Source of the DNA: Myxococcales bacterium
GTDB taxonomy: Bacteria > Myxococcota_A > Polyangia > Fen-1088
Assembly: GCA_022184915.1 (NCBI GenBank)
Contig: JAGTJU010000001.1
Span: 868,057 to 932,056 of the forward strand
Direction of reading: 5' to 3'
DNA length: 64,000 bases
The position numbers and the translations under genes were made by a program. This document shows positions 1 through 10,130 of this stretch, in pieces (within the stretch, counting starts at the first letter, position 1; every line of letters begins with the position of its first letter). Below the pieces are notes generated by a model, which worked only from the letters and a program-made list of their open reading frames with translations, did not search any database and had not been told where the DNA came from.

Positions 1-77
1 TCGGTCAGCACCACCGTGATGCGTGCGGCTCGCGCGCGGAGCTCGGCGGGGGTCAGCAACGTGGCGGGGCTCACCAT
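1..77 (-). CDS. Hypothetical protein, 5' fragment only (MVSPATLLTPAELRARAARITVVLT...). The ATG at 77..75 overlaps the TGA of the upstream SDR gene (ATGgTGA).
   Basis: Read by eye on the minus strand; the ORF runs off the window edge; not in the ORF track because it has no stop. Confidence 0.25.
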   Translation of the reverse strand, partial: MVSPATLLTPAELRARAARITVVLT

Positions 78-907
78 GCCGTCCAGCCTCCGTCCACGGA
101 AAGCACGGCGCCGGTCACGTACGAAGCCGCATCACTTGCGAGGAATACGGCGGCTCCGGCGATCTCATCGGGCTCTGCCATGCGGCCAAGCGGCGTTCTC
201 GTAGCGTAACGTTCGACGAAATGGGATGCCTGGCCCTGGGCCACGCCGCCCGGACAGATGACGTTTGCGCGCACGCCGCGCGAGGCCCAATAGGTGGCCA
301 CGAAGCGGGTCAGCATCACCACGCCCCCCTTGCTGGCGGCGTAACCGGCCGATTTGAAGAACGCCTGGGTCCCGTCGGGCCGCTCATAGAGCCGTTGATC
401 GGGCGCCACCAGGCCGTAGGTCGAGCCGATGTTGACGATGCTGCCGCGGCCTCGCCGGGCCATTTCGGCCCCCAGGATCTGGCAGGTGAGGAAGCTGCCC
501 GTGAGGTTGACGTCGAGCTGGGATTGCCAGAGTGCCAGGGGATAGGACTCAAAGCGCGATTGCTCGGCCGCCGCGCCTTCGTCGAAGCGGTCGTTGATCG
601 CGGCGCTGTTCACCAAGATATCGATGCCGTCGAAGGCGTTGAGCGTGCGCACGCGCAGCGCTTCGATCGAGCGGCCTTCGGCCACGTCGAGCCCTGCGCC
701 CACGACGTCAGCCCCCGTGGCTTCGACCAAGGCCGCCGCGAAGGTGCGGGCTTGCTCTTCGTCGAGATCGGCGGCTACCACGCGGGCGCCCGCTCCGGCG
801 AGAGCCGCACAAAACCGCTGACCCAGAAGGCCGCAGGCGCCGGTGACGATCGCCACGCGGCCGTCGAGGGAAAAACGCGCGTTTTCGGGATAGACCTGTC
901 TTGCCAT
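71..907 (-). CDS. Short-chain dehydrogenase/reductase (SDR) family oxidoreductase
   Basis: TGxxxGxG Rossmann motif (VAIVTGACGLLG), NSAA and YxxSK (YAASKGG) catalytic motifs. Start trimmed to MARQVYPEN with a GGAG RBS (rc of 908-920). The longer ORF-track start at 1129 is unlikely. Confidence 0.8.
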   Translation of the reverse strand: MARQVYPENARFSLDGRVAIVTGACGLLGQRFCAALAGAGARVVAADLDEEQARTFAAALVEATGADVVGAGLDVAEGRSIEALRVRTLNAFDGIDILVNSAAINDRFDEGAAAEQSRFESYPLALWQSQLDVNLTGSFLTCQILGAEMARRGRGSIVNIGSTYGLVAPDQRLYERPDGTQAFFKSAGYAASKGGVVMLTRFVATYWASRGVRANVICPGGVAQGQASHFVERYATRTPLGRMAEPDEIAGAAVFLASDAASYVTGAVLSVDGGWTAW

Positions 908-909
908 CC

Positions 910-3241
<2,332 letters not shown>

Positions 3242-3259
3242 AGGGCTCCTTTGGGGCTT

Positions 3260-4120
3260 TCAGCGAACGATGAGAGGGGCGGACGTGAGGTGTGCCGGGG
3301 CGTGTCCGGCAAGCTCGTCACGCAGCATGGCCACCTCTTCGTCGCGCAGGCGCACGAACCAGCGGTCGGCACGGTTCTCGAGGCTCGGCAGGCCCTTGCC
3401 GCGCACGGTATGGGCGATCACCACCTGGGGGCGTCCCGTGGGTATGAGGTTCGTGAAGGTGCGCTCGAGATCGTCGAAGTCATGCCCATCCACCTCGCGC
3501 ACGCTGCACCCGAAAGCCTGAAACTTGGCCGCGAGGGGCTCGAGCGGGATCAGGGCCTCGGTGGCTTCATTGGCTTGAAACCCATTGCGATCGACCACGG
3601 CCACCAGGTTGTCGAGCCCGTGCGCGGCGGCCACCAGGAGGCCCTCCCAGATGCTGCCCTCGTTGAGTTCGCCATCGCCCAAGATCACGAAAACCCGGTT
3701 CGACGTGCCCCGGAGCTTCATGTCGAGCGCCACGCCGATGCCCACGGAGAGCAAGTGACCGAGCGAGCCTGAATGAAACTCGATGCCCGGGATGCTCCGG
3801 TTCGGATGCCAGTACACGTGATCGGTGGGGTCGAGGTGACGCGCGAGCCGCTCCCGCTCGATGAGGCCCAGCTCGGCGAAGGTGCCGTAAAGAGCAGGCA
3901 CATCGTGGCCCTTCGAGAGCAGAAGGTAGTCCCGCCCGGGATCCGTGAGGTTCTGCGGGTCGAGCGCAAGCACACGGCTATAAAGGTGAACCAGCAGGTC
4001 GGCACACGAGAGCGAGGCGCCAATGAAGCATCCACCGCCGCCCGCCATGCCGATGATGTGCTCGCGCACGCGCAGGGCGGTGGCCTGAAGATGGGCCTTG
4101 TCGTACGTCAGAGATCTCAT
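3260..4120 (-). CDS. Transketolase N-terminal (TPP-binding) subunit
   Basis: TPP-binding GDG..NEG motif (VILGDGELNEGSIWEG) and HSGSLGHLLSVGIG. Its start overlaps the stop of the cytidylyltransferase (TGATG). Confidence 0.8.
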   Translation of the reverse strand: MRSLTYDKAHLQATALRVREHIIGMAGGGGCFIGASLSCADLLVHLYSRVLALDPQNLTDPGRDYLLLSKGHDVPALYGTFAELGLIERERLARHLDPTDHVYWHPNRSIPGIEFHSGSLGHLLSVGIGVALDMKLRGTSNRVFVILGDGELNEGSIWEGLLVAAAHGLDNLVAVVDRNGFQANEATEALIPLEPLAAKFQAFGCSVREVDGHDFDDLERTFTNLIPTGRPQVVIAHTVRGKGLPSLENRADRWFVRLRDEEVAMLRDELAGHAPAHLTSAPLIVR

Positions 4121-4929
4121 CAGTCGTCCTCGAAGAGCACGGTCTGGCGCCGGCTCACCGTGCGTAGATCGGTCAAGTGATTGCGGTACCAGTTGACGCC
4201 GGCGAGGTGGGCGTTGATGCGGAACACCTCGGGGTTGTGGGCCACGTGCCGCAGGATGCTGGCCAGCGAAAAGGGCGTCGCGTCGGGCTTGTAGAGGGCC
4301 TCGTAGATCGCGCGAATGAAGTCGTAGTCTTCGGGGTAATCGATCGTGAACCTGTGGGTCATCGAGTAGTCGAGTCCCGTTTCCCAGGCGACGTTGCCGA
4401 CGCGGTAGCGCTCGGGCTGGTCCCAGACGAAGGGGGTCGTGTGCTCGCGCTCGTGCGGGCGCTTGGCCTCGGCGTGGGCCTCTTCGAGCACCGCCATGGG
4501 CAAAACCTCGACGTCGTTACCGTCGGGATAGGTGGCGGGGTGTAGGTTCGAAACGAAGTCGAAGCGATCGTGGTTCGACAAAAAGTGGGACACGACCCGA
4601 TCGATGATGCGGGGATCGATGAGCGGGCAGTCGGAGGGAATCTTCACGACCACCTCGGCCTCGTGCACCCGCCCCGCTTGCACGTGCCGATCGAGAAGAT
4701 CCGTCGGGTGTCCCGAAATACAAGGAACCCCAAGCACGCGCGCCAGCTCCCGGATGGGCTCGTCCTTCGCCTCGAAGGTGGTGGCCACCACCACCTGCTG
4801 CAGCGTCGTTGCGGCGCGCACCCGCTCGAGCATGCGCGCCAGGAGCGGCGCGCCCATGAGGGGCTTGAGCACTTTGCCCGGAAAGCGTGAGGAGCCCACC
4901 CGGGCCTGAACCACGGCCACGACCCTCAT
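4120..4929 (-). CDS. Sugar-acid cytidylyltransferase, CTP_transf_3 family (KdsB/NeuA/SpsF-like)
   Basis: N-terminal motif MRVVAVVQARVGSSRFPGKVLKPL is typical of the SpsF/NeuA/KdsB cytidylyltransferase family. Start trimmed to the ATG overlapping the upstream stop (ATGA) with a GGAG RBS. Confidence 0.7.
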   Translation of the reverse strand: MRVVAVVQARVGSSRFPGKVLKPLMGAPLLARMLERVRAATTLQQVVVATTFEAKDEPIRELARVLGVPCISGHPTDLLDRHVQAGRVHEAEVVVKIPSDCPLIDPRIIDRVVSHFLSNHDRFDFVSNLHPATYPDGNDVEVLPMAVLEEAHAEAKRPHEREHTTPFVWDQPERYRVGNVAWETGLDYSMTHRFTIDYPEDYDFIRAIYEALYKPDATPFSLASILRHVAHNPEVFRINAHLAGVNWYRNHLTDLRTVSRRQTVLFEDD

Positions 4930-5993
4930 GCTGACAGCTCCAGGTTGGCGGTTGCCAGGCCGCTCTGCCACGGCTCGCGGGCCGGGGCTTCGTCCATCAC
5001 CGTGCGACAGACCTGCGCGATGAGCTTCGCCGCACTTCGGTTCTGAACCGGAAGCAGCCGCGCGAGCTCTTCGGGGCGGTAGTGGCTGTGCACCTCTTTG
5101 CCCAAAGCCAGGCCCACGAAGGCGAGCGTGGAGTACTGGCAGACGAGCACCGCGCAGTTGGCCACCATCTGCTCTGCCGAGCCCGTCGTGTAGACCCGGG
5201 CGTGAGGGGCCATGTGCGCGATCTCGCGCTGGGCCCGCTCCCAGTCCTCGTTGGGGTGGAGCTTGAAGATGAGGGGGCGCCCCGCAGCAATGGCAAGGGC
5301 CCGTTCCAAAAAGCGCTTGCGGCTATCGAGCTTCAACGTCTCGCGGGCGTCCGACGTGCACACGAGCACGTAGTCGCGGTGCGGAAAGTCGTTGGCGTGG
5401 TACTCGGCGCAGTCGTCGAAGTTCGGGATGCCGGTGACCACCATCTTGTCGGGATCGGCGCCTCGCCGGGCGAAGAGGTCCTTGTAGCCTTGGCTTGCCA
5501 CACAGAAACGGTCGTAAGCGTTCGACGTGCCCGTCCAGGTGGTTCCCGCCGCCCACCGCGGCACGAAGGGAAACACGCGGCGCGCCCAGTACCAGAAGTT
5601 TTCGGGATCGGTGATCCCCTCCTGCACGGCCACCAGGCGCGAGCGCCTCGCGTTGCGCGGCACGATCACGTCGGAGCAGGTGACCGTGAGATCGTAGGCG
5701 TGCGTGCGGCCTTCGTAGTCCACGGACAGTCCGGCGCGCCTGCAGTAGCGAAGGGCTTCTTTGCGACGGCGCCACCCCAAGATCGTGAACTCGAGCATGC
5801 CGGCCTTGCGGAACCACTCGAGCAGGCCGTCACAGTAGTAGGGCGAGTAGTGCGCCTCCCAGTCCGGAAGCTCCTGCGCGATCTTGTGCATCTGGCGCGT
5901 TTGGTTGAGGGAGCCACAGATGAACAACACGCGGGGCCGGTGCTGCATGCGCCGTCCGGTGGGGGCAGAAGTTGAAGCCACGAAGTCATCCAT
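4926..5993 (-). CDS. Putative polysaccharide biosynthesis transferase, possibly of the KpsS/KpsC-like capsule-synthesis family
   Basis: 355 aa, GT-B-like N-terminus (RVLFICGS). An FKLHPNED segment and a following S/T-rich stretch resemble my memory of KpsS (HHP..). AGAAGGTG RBS before the 5993 ATG. It is translationally coupled (ATGA) to the downstream cytidylyltransferase. Family assignment is tentative. Confidence 0.35.
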   Translation of the reverse strand: MDDFVASTSAPTGRRMQHRPRVLFICGSLNQTRQMHKIAQELPDWEAHYSPYYCDGLLEWFRKAGMLEFTILGWRRRKEALRYCRRAGLSVDYEGRTHAYDLTVTCSDVIVPRNARRSRLVAVQEGITDPENFWYWARRVFPFVPRWAAGTTWTGTSNAYDRFCVASQGYKDLFARRGADPDKMVVTGIPNFDDCAEYHANDFPHRDYVLVCTSDARETLKLDSRKRFLERALAIAAGRPLIFKLHPNEDWERAQREIAHMAPHARVYTTGSAEQMVANCAVLVCQYSTLAFVGLALGKEVHSHYRPEELARLLPVQNRSAAKLIAQVCRTVMDEAPAREPWQSGLATANLELSA

Positions 5994-5996
5994 CGG

Positions 5997-7184
5997 TCAC
6001 CTTCTTTTCACGAAGTGAAGCGCCGCGGCCGCGACGATCCAGAAAACTTCTTTCGAACGTTTTGTGAACGCGAGCGCCGTCGCCGCGCCCGGGGCGCCAG
6101 GAACACCCAGAAGCTCGAGGAGCACGAACGAGCCCATCTCCTGGGCGCCGAGTCCGGCAGGGAGAAAGAAGGCCGCCGCGCGAATCGTCGAAACGAGAGA
6201 CTCCAGGAGAAGGGCGCTCGAGAAGGAGAGGGACACACCCAAAAGCCGCAGGATGACGTAGGTCTCGAGAGCCTCCATCAGCCACTGGCCGAGCGTGAAC
6301 ACCAGGCCGAACCCACAGGTGGTGTTGCCGCCCACGCCGAAGAAGCGAGAGAAGCTTCCCGCCGTGGCGTCGAACATGTGGGCCTTGTCACTGAGCCAAC
6401 GCCGAAAGCGCGGTACCGGGACCCGCGTGAGCGCACCGTGCACGAGGCGCAGGGCCAACCCGCCCCTCAGGGTGTGCAGCAGCCACATGCCCGCCAGCAG
6501 GAGGCCTGCGCCGAGCAGAGGCACGGAGCGCCACACCCAATGCGCGGGCCCGGTCAAGGTGGCAGCCGTTTCGCTCCAGGTGGTGTAGGCCAAGGCGAAC
6601 GCGAGCAGGATGTAAAGGCCCTCGGCCTGCACGATGAAGGCCTTCGTCAACGCCACGCTGGCCGTGCCTTCGGCGTAGGGAACGCCCAGGCGATGGCGCA
6701 GCCAGTAGGGCTTGCAGGTTTCTGCCAGCACAGGGCCTCCCGGCACGGCGACGACGACGGCCTCGGCCGCCACACGCAAGCGCAGCAGAGGAAAAAAGCG
6801 CGTGACGTAGCCGAGCTGGAACAAGGTGACTTGCCACGCCGCCGTGGCGCACACCATCGAACCCGCGAAGGGCAAAAGCACGAGAGGCCAGGCGTACCCG
6901 ATGTTGCCAAGCCGGGTGAGTGCGGTGGACCAGTCGCCGCGCGCCGCCAGGATCACGACGGCCGCTACGGCCACGCCCGCCATCAGCCAGCGCCAGGCCC
7001 GAATACGCGTGGCGGGAGCCGCAGGAGCGAGGGCGTCGGCTTCTAGCGATGCGGAATCATCCGCGCGGGAGGCGAGCGCGGTCTCGGGGCCGAGAGGCTG
7101 AAGGGTTGAAAGGGTCACGCGGTCAATGAGTAGGGAAGAGAGGAAGCCACGGAGCCCCATGCCGGCTGCCGCTGCGCCAGCCAA
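5997..7184 (-). CDS. Polytopic membrane protein, lysyl-phosphatidylglycerol-synthase-TM / flippase-like (UPF0104) family
   Basis: Multiple hydrophobic helices. This family is common in glycolipid and polysaccharide loci. The N-terminal about 60 aa of the ORF are low-complexity, so the true start may be internal. Confidence 0.45.
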   Translation of the reverse strand: MAGAAAAGMGLRGFLSSLLIDRVTLSTLQPLGPETALASRADDSASLEADALAPAAPATRIRAWRWLMAGVAVAAVVILAARGDWSTALTRLGNIGYAWPLVLLPFAGSMVCATAAWQVTLFQLGYVTRFFPLLRLRVAAEAVVVAVPGGPVLAETCKPYWLRHRLGVPYAEGTASVALTKAFIVQAEGLYILLAFALAYTTWSETAATLTGPAHWVWRSVPLLGAGLLLAGMWLLHTLRGGLALRLVHGALTRVPVPRFRRWLSDKAHMFDATAGSFSRFFGVGGNTTCGFGLVFTLGQWLMEALETYVILRLLGVSLSFSSALLLESLVSTIRAAAFFLPAGLGAQEMGSFVLLELLGVPGAPGAATALAFTKRSKEVFWIVAAAALHFVKRR

Positions 7185-7264
7185 GGTGTCACGGGCATGC
7201 GCTCGCTCCGGTGGCGCCCGTGCAACATGGGCGTGACGGCCTCGCTTCGTGCGCTTGCCAACGC

Positions 7265-7296
7265 GTCACAAACGGGCCGAAATTGTGACGGTCACA
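7265..7296. promoter_or_regulatory. Putative operator: inverted repeat GTCACAA-N11-TTGTGAC overlapping the 13-bp palindrome TGTGACGGTCACA, in a divergent promoter region
   Basis: Seen directly. The same 7-mer recurs at 8550-8556 and 12661-12667 in other intergenic regions of the cluster. Confidence 0.4.
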
Positions 7297-7328
7297 TCGT
7301 CGTGGCCTGGTAGGTGAGTGCGTGCCTC

Positions 7329-8516
7329 ATGCGCTCCAACACTTCCCTCACGGTCGTCGACGTCTCGAGTTTCTTCTCGACGTCGTGTGGTGGCATCAAG
7401 CGGTATTATCAGGAGAAGGCCCGGCATCTGCCGGCCCTGGGTGTGACGTGCCACTTCGTGGTGCCGGGTGAGTCCGATCGCGACGAGCCCTTCTTTGGAG
7501 GTTGGCTGCATCACGTGGCGGGACCGTTGCAGCCAGGCAACGCGGCTTACCGCCGCTTTAGCTTCAGCTCGCGGCTGCCCCAGCTTTTGCGCTCACTTGC
7601 GCCCGATGTCGTGGAGGTGGGCAGCCACTATCTTCTGCCGACGATGGTGCGCCGGGCGTTTGCGGCCTCGCCCCGCAGGCCGCGGCTGGTGGGGTTCTTT
7701 CACAGCCATCCCGAGCAGATCGTGCAAAACGTGACGGCACACTTGCCAAGGCGTCTCGGCACCGGGTGGCTCGGGCGTCGTGCGTGGTCGTTCTTTGCGC
7801 GCCAACACAAGTCTTACGCGTCGACCTTCGTGGCGTCGCGGCACATCGAAGCGCAGCTCGTGTCGCGACGGGTGCCCGGGGTGCTGCGGGTGGGGCTGGG
7901 CGTCGACGTACAAACCTTCCGCCCGCGCCCAAAAGCCGAAGGGAGCCCCAATGTGATCTACGCGGGGCGCTTCACGATCGACAAGGAGCTGCCGTTGCTG
8001 CTCGCGGCCTTCGATCAGGTCCACACGCGCACGGGGGCGGGCTTGACCCTCGTGGGAGATGGGCCGTTGAAGGGGCGGGTTCGCCAGCACGCGGCGTCGC
8101 GGCCGTGGATGCGGGTGCTCGACTATGTCGCCTCCGTGGACGACATGGCGCGCTTGTTGAGCGAGAGCACCGCCGTGGTCGTGCCCAGCCAGACGGAGAC
8201 CTTCTCCTTTACCACCGCGGAGGCTTTGGCCAGTGGCGTGCCCGTGGTGGGGGCCGATCGCGGGGCGGTGCGCGAGCTCGTGGAAGACAGCGGGGGGGGC
8301 GTGCTCTTCAAGGCGGGGGAGGCGCGCGGCTTGGCGCACGCCCTCGAGGGGCTGCTGGCAGCGCCCGCCGGGGCGCGGACCGCGATGGGGGCCGCAGGGC
8401 GTGCCCACATCGTCAAGGACTTCACGTGGCCGGCGGTGTGTGAGCGCCTGCGAGCGGCCTATGACGATGTGATTCACCCAGGTTCGAGCCCTGCCGGGGC
8501 CTCTGCTGCCCCCTGA
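7329..8516 (+). CDS. Glycosyltransferase family 4 (GT-B, retaining)
   Basis: C-terminal GT4 signature (AEALASGVPVVGADRGAVRELVEDSGGGVLF; E-x7-E). Start taken at ATG 7329; an alternative GTG is at 7314. Confidence 0.75.
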   Translation: MRSNTSLTVVDVSSFFSTSCGGIKRYYQEKARHLPALGVTCHFVVPGESDRDEPFFGGWLHHVAGPLQPGNAAYRRFSFSSRLPQLLRSLAPDVVEVGSHYLLPTMVRRAFAASPRRPRLVGFFHSHPEQIVQNVTAHLPRRLGTGWLGRRAWSFFARQHKSYASTFVASRHIEAQLVSRRVPGVLRVGLGVDVQTFRPRPKAEGSPNVIYAGRFTIDKELPLLLAAFDQVHTRTGAGLTLVGDGPLKGRVRQHAASRPWMRVLDYVASVDDMARLLSESTAVVVPSQTETFSFTTAEALASGVPVVGADRGAVRELVEDSGGGVLFKAGEARGLAHALEGLLAAPAGARTAMGAAGRAHIVKDFTWPAVCERLRAAYDDVIHPGSSPAGASAAP

Positions 8517-8672
8517 GGGTGCTTTGTGGGCCGCGTGCGCGCAGCTCCCGTCACAAACCTGCAGAGCTGCCACGGAGTCGTGGCCCATTCGTCAAAAATG
8601 CCGCGTTTCTTGTCGCAAAAAGGCGACCTCGCCCACCGTGTTCAGCCTGTAATTGAGGGGGAGAGATCTTCC

Positions 8673-10130
8673 ATGGTGTCGTTGCCCTTACGAAACGAAA
8701 GCACTTTGGCGCTCGCCTCCCCGGCGGCGCCCGGTTGGCCCCATCACATCGGCATCTTGAATGACTATGTGCGCATCCCGTATGCGAACGGGTCGTCGTT
8801 TGCATCGCAGCGCCTTTACCGGGAGTTCCGTCGGCGTGGGCATACGGTGACGGTGCTTGGCCCGCGTGACCCCGCGGCTGGGCCAGGTGATCTGCCCGCC
8901 CGCAGCTTGATGCTGCCCAGCCTTCCGCTCGAGAATCATCCGGGCGTCTATCTGCCCATGCCTTCGAGGGCCTCGCTCAAGGCCGCCCGACAGCAACACT
9001 TCGACCTACTTCTCTGTCAGACCGGCTCGGCCTTCACGGAGCTGGCCGTGTGGCTGCGCAAGACGGAGCGTGTGCCGTTTTTGTGCGTGAACACGATCCA
9101 CCTCCCCAGCGTTTACAACGTGGTGTTGCCCGATGGTTGGCATGACGTGCCTCGGGTGCGCGCGCTTTTCGAGCGTTTCGTGATCCCGCGGCTCGAGCGG
9201 CAGGCCGCACGGATCTACAACCGCAGTGATGGGCTCATCGTGCTGTCGCGGGGGCTCGAGATGTACTGGCGTGCCCGCGGGGTGACTGCGCCCATCTTCG
9301 TGATTCCCCGCAGCGTCGATGTGGACATGTTTGCCGAGCGGGGCCAGTCGGATCCCTTCGACCCCCGCGCCACCCCGGGCGGGCGCCTGCTGGTGTTGTG
9401 TCGCCACACGCGCGAAAAGGGGCTGGCGCGGCTCCTTCAGATCTTCGCCACGGAGATCGCGCCGCACAGTCCCGACGCCACCTTGACCCTGGTAGGTGAC
9501 GGACCCGATCACGATGCCTTCAAGGCGTTGGCCAAGTCACTGAAGATCGATGATCGCACGTTTTTCCCCGGCGAGTGCAGCGCGGCCTCTGCGCCGGCCT
9601 ACTACCGACATGCGGATCTCTTCGTGTACACGTCCTTGTCGGAGACCTACGGTCAGGTGGTGAGTGAAGCCGCCTTCTGTGGGCTTCCGGCGGTGGCCCT
9701 GGCAGACGACATGGGCGTCAGCCACCAGATCGAACACGAGCGGACGGGTATTCTCATCACGCCCACGCCCGAGCCCGCCGCCGATCGCGCGTTCGGAGAG
9801 GCCGTGTGTCACCTGCTCGCGAACCCCTTGCGCCGCCGCGCCTTTGCGGAAAGCGCCCGTCGCAGCGCCTTCGATCGTTGTGGCCCTGCCCAGGCGGTCG
9901 AACGGCACTACGCGGCCTTCGAGGCAGCCCGCAGCCACTGTCAGGCGCAGGAAACGCGCGACGAGCCTCTGGGGACGTGGCGAGCCCTGTCACGCTGGGC
10001 GGGGCTTCATGCCCTCGCGTACCTGACCGGGCTCCTGCGGGCGCCCGCGGTGGTGAACCGTCACAAGCGTCAAGCGCCGCCCTGGGACGAGGGGATCGAG
10101 GGGGCGCTTGGGCCCCTGTGCGCACCCTGA
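8673..10130 (+). CDS. Glycosyltransferase family 4
   Basis: GT4 C-terminal signature (SEAAFCGLPAVALADDMGVSHQIEHERTGILI). The ATG at 8673 is preceded by a GGGGGAGAG RBS. The 3' end overlaps the convergent MMPL gene by 61 nt. Confidence 0.75.
   Translation: MVSLPLRNESTLALASPAAPGWPHHIGILNDYVRIPYANGSSFASQRLYREFRRRGHTVTVLGPRDPAAGPGDLPARSLMLPSLPLENHPGVYLPMPSRASLKAARQQHFDLLLCQTGSAFTELAVWLRKTERVPFLCVNTIHLPSVYNVVLPDGWHDVPRVRALFERFVIPRLERQAARIYNRSDGLIVLSRGLEMYWRARGVTAPIFVIPRSVDVDMFAERGQSDPFDPRATPGGRLLVLCRHTREKGLARLLQIFATEIAPHSPDATLTLVGDGPDHDAFKALAKSLKIDDRTFFPGECSAASAPAYYRHADLFVYTSLSETYGQVVSEAAFCGLPAVALADDMGVSHQIEHERTGILITPTPEPAADRAFGEAVCHLLANPLRRRAFAESARRSAFDRCGPAQAVERHYAAFEAARSHCQAQETRDEPLGTWRALSRWAGLHALAYLTGLLRAPAVVNRHKRQAPPWDEGIEGALGPLCAP

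Noticed and set aside
7284-7296. Possible CRP/FNR-type site (TGTGA...TCACA)
   Set aside because: The half-sites are separated by 3 nt rather than the 6 nt of CRP, or the 4 nt of FNR, so it does not fit those families. Kept only as a generic palindrome.
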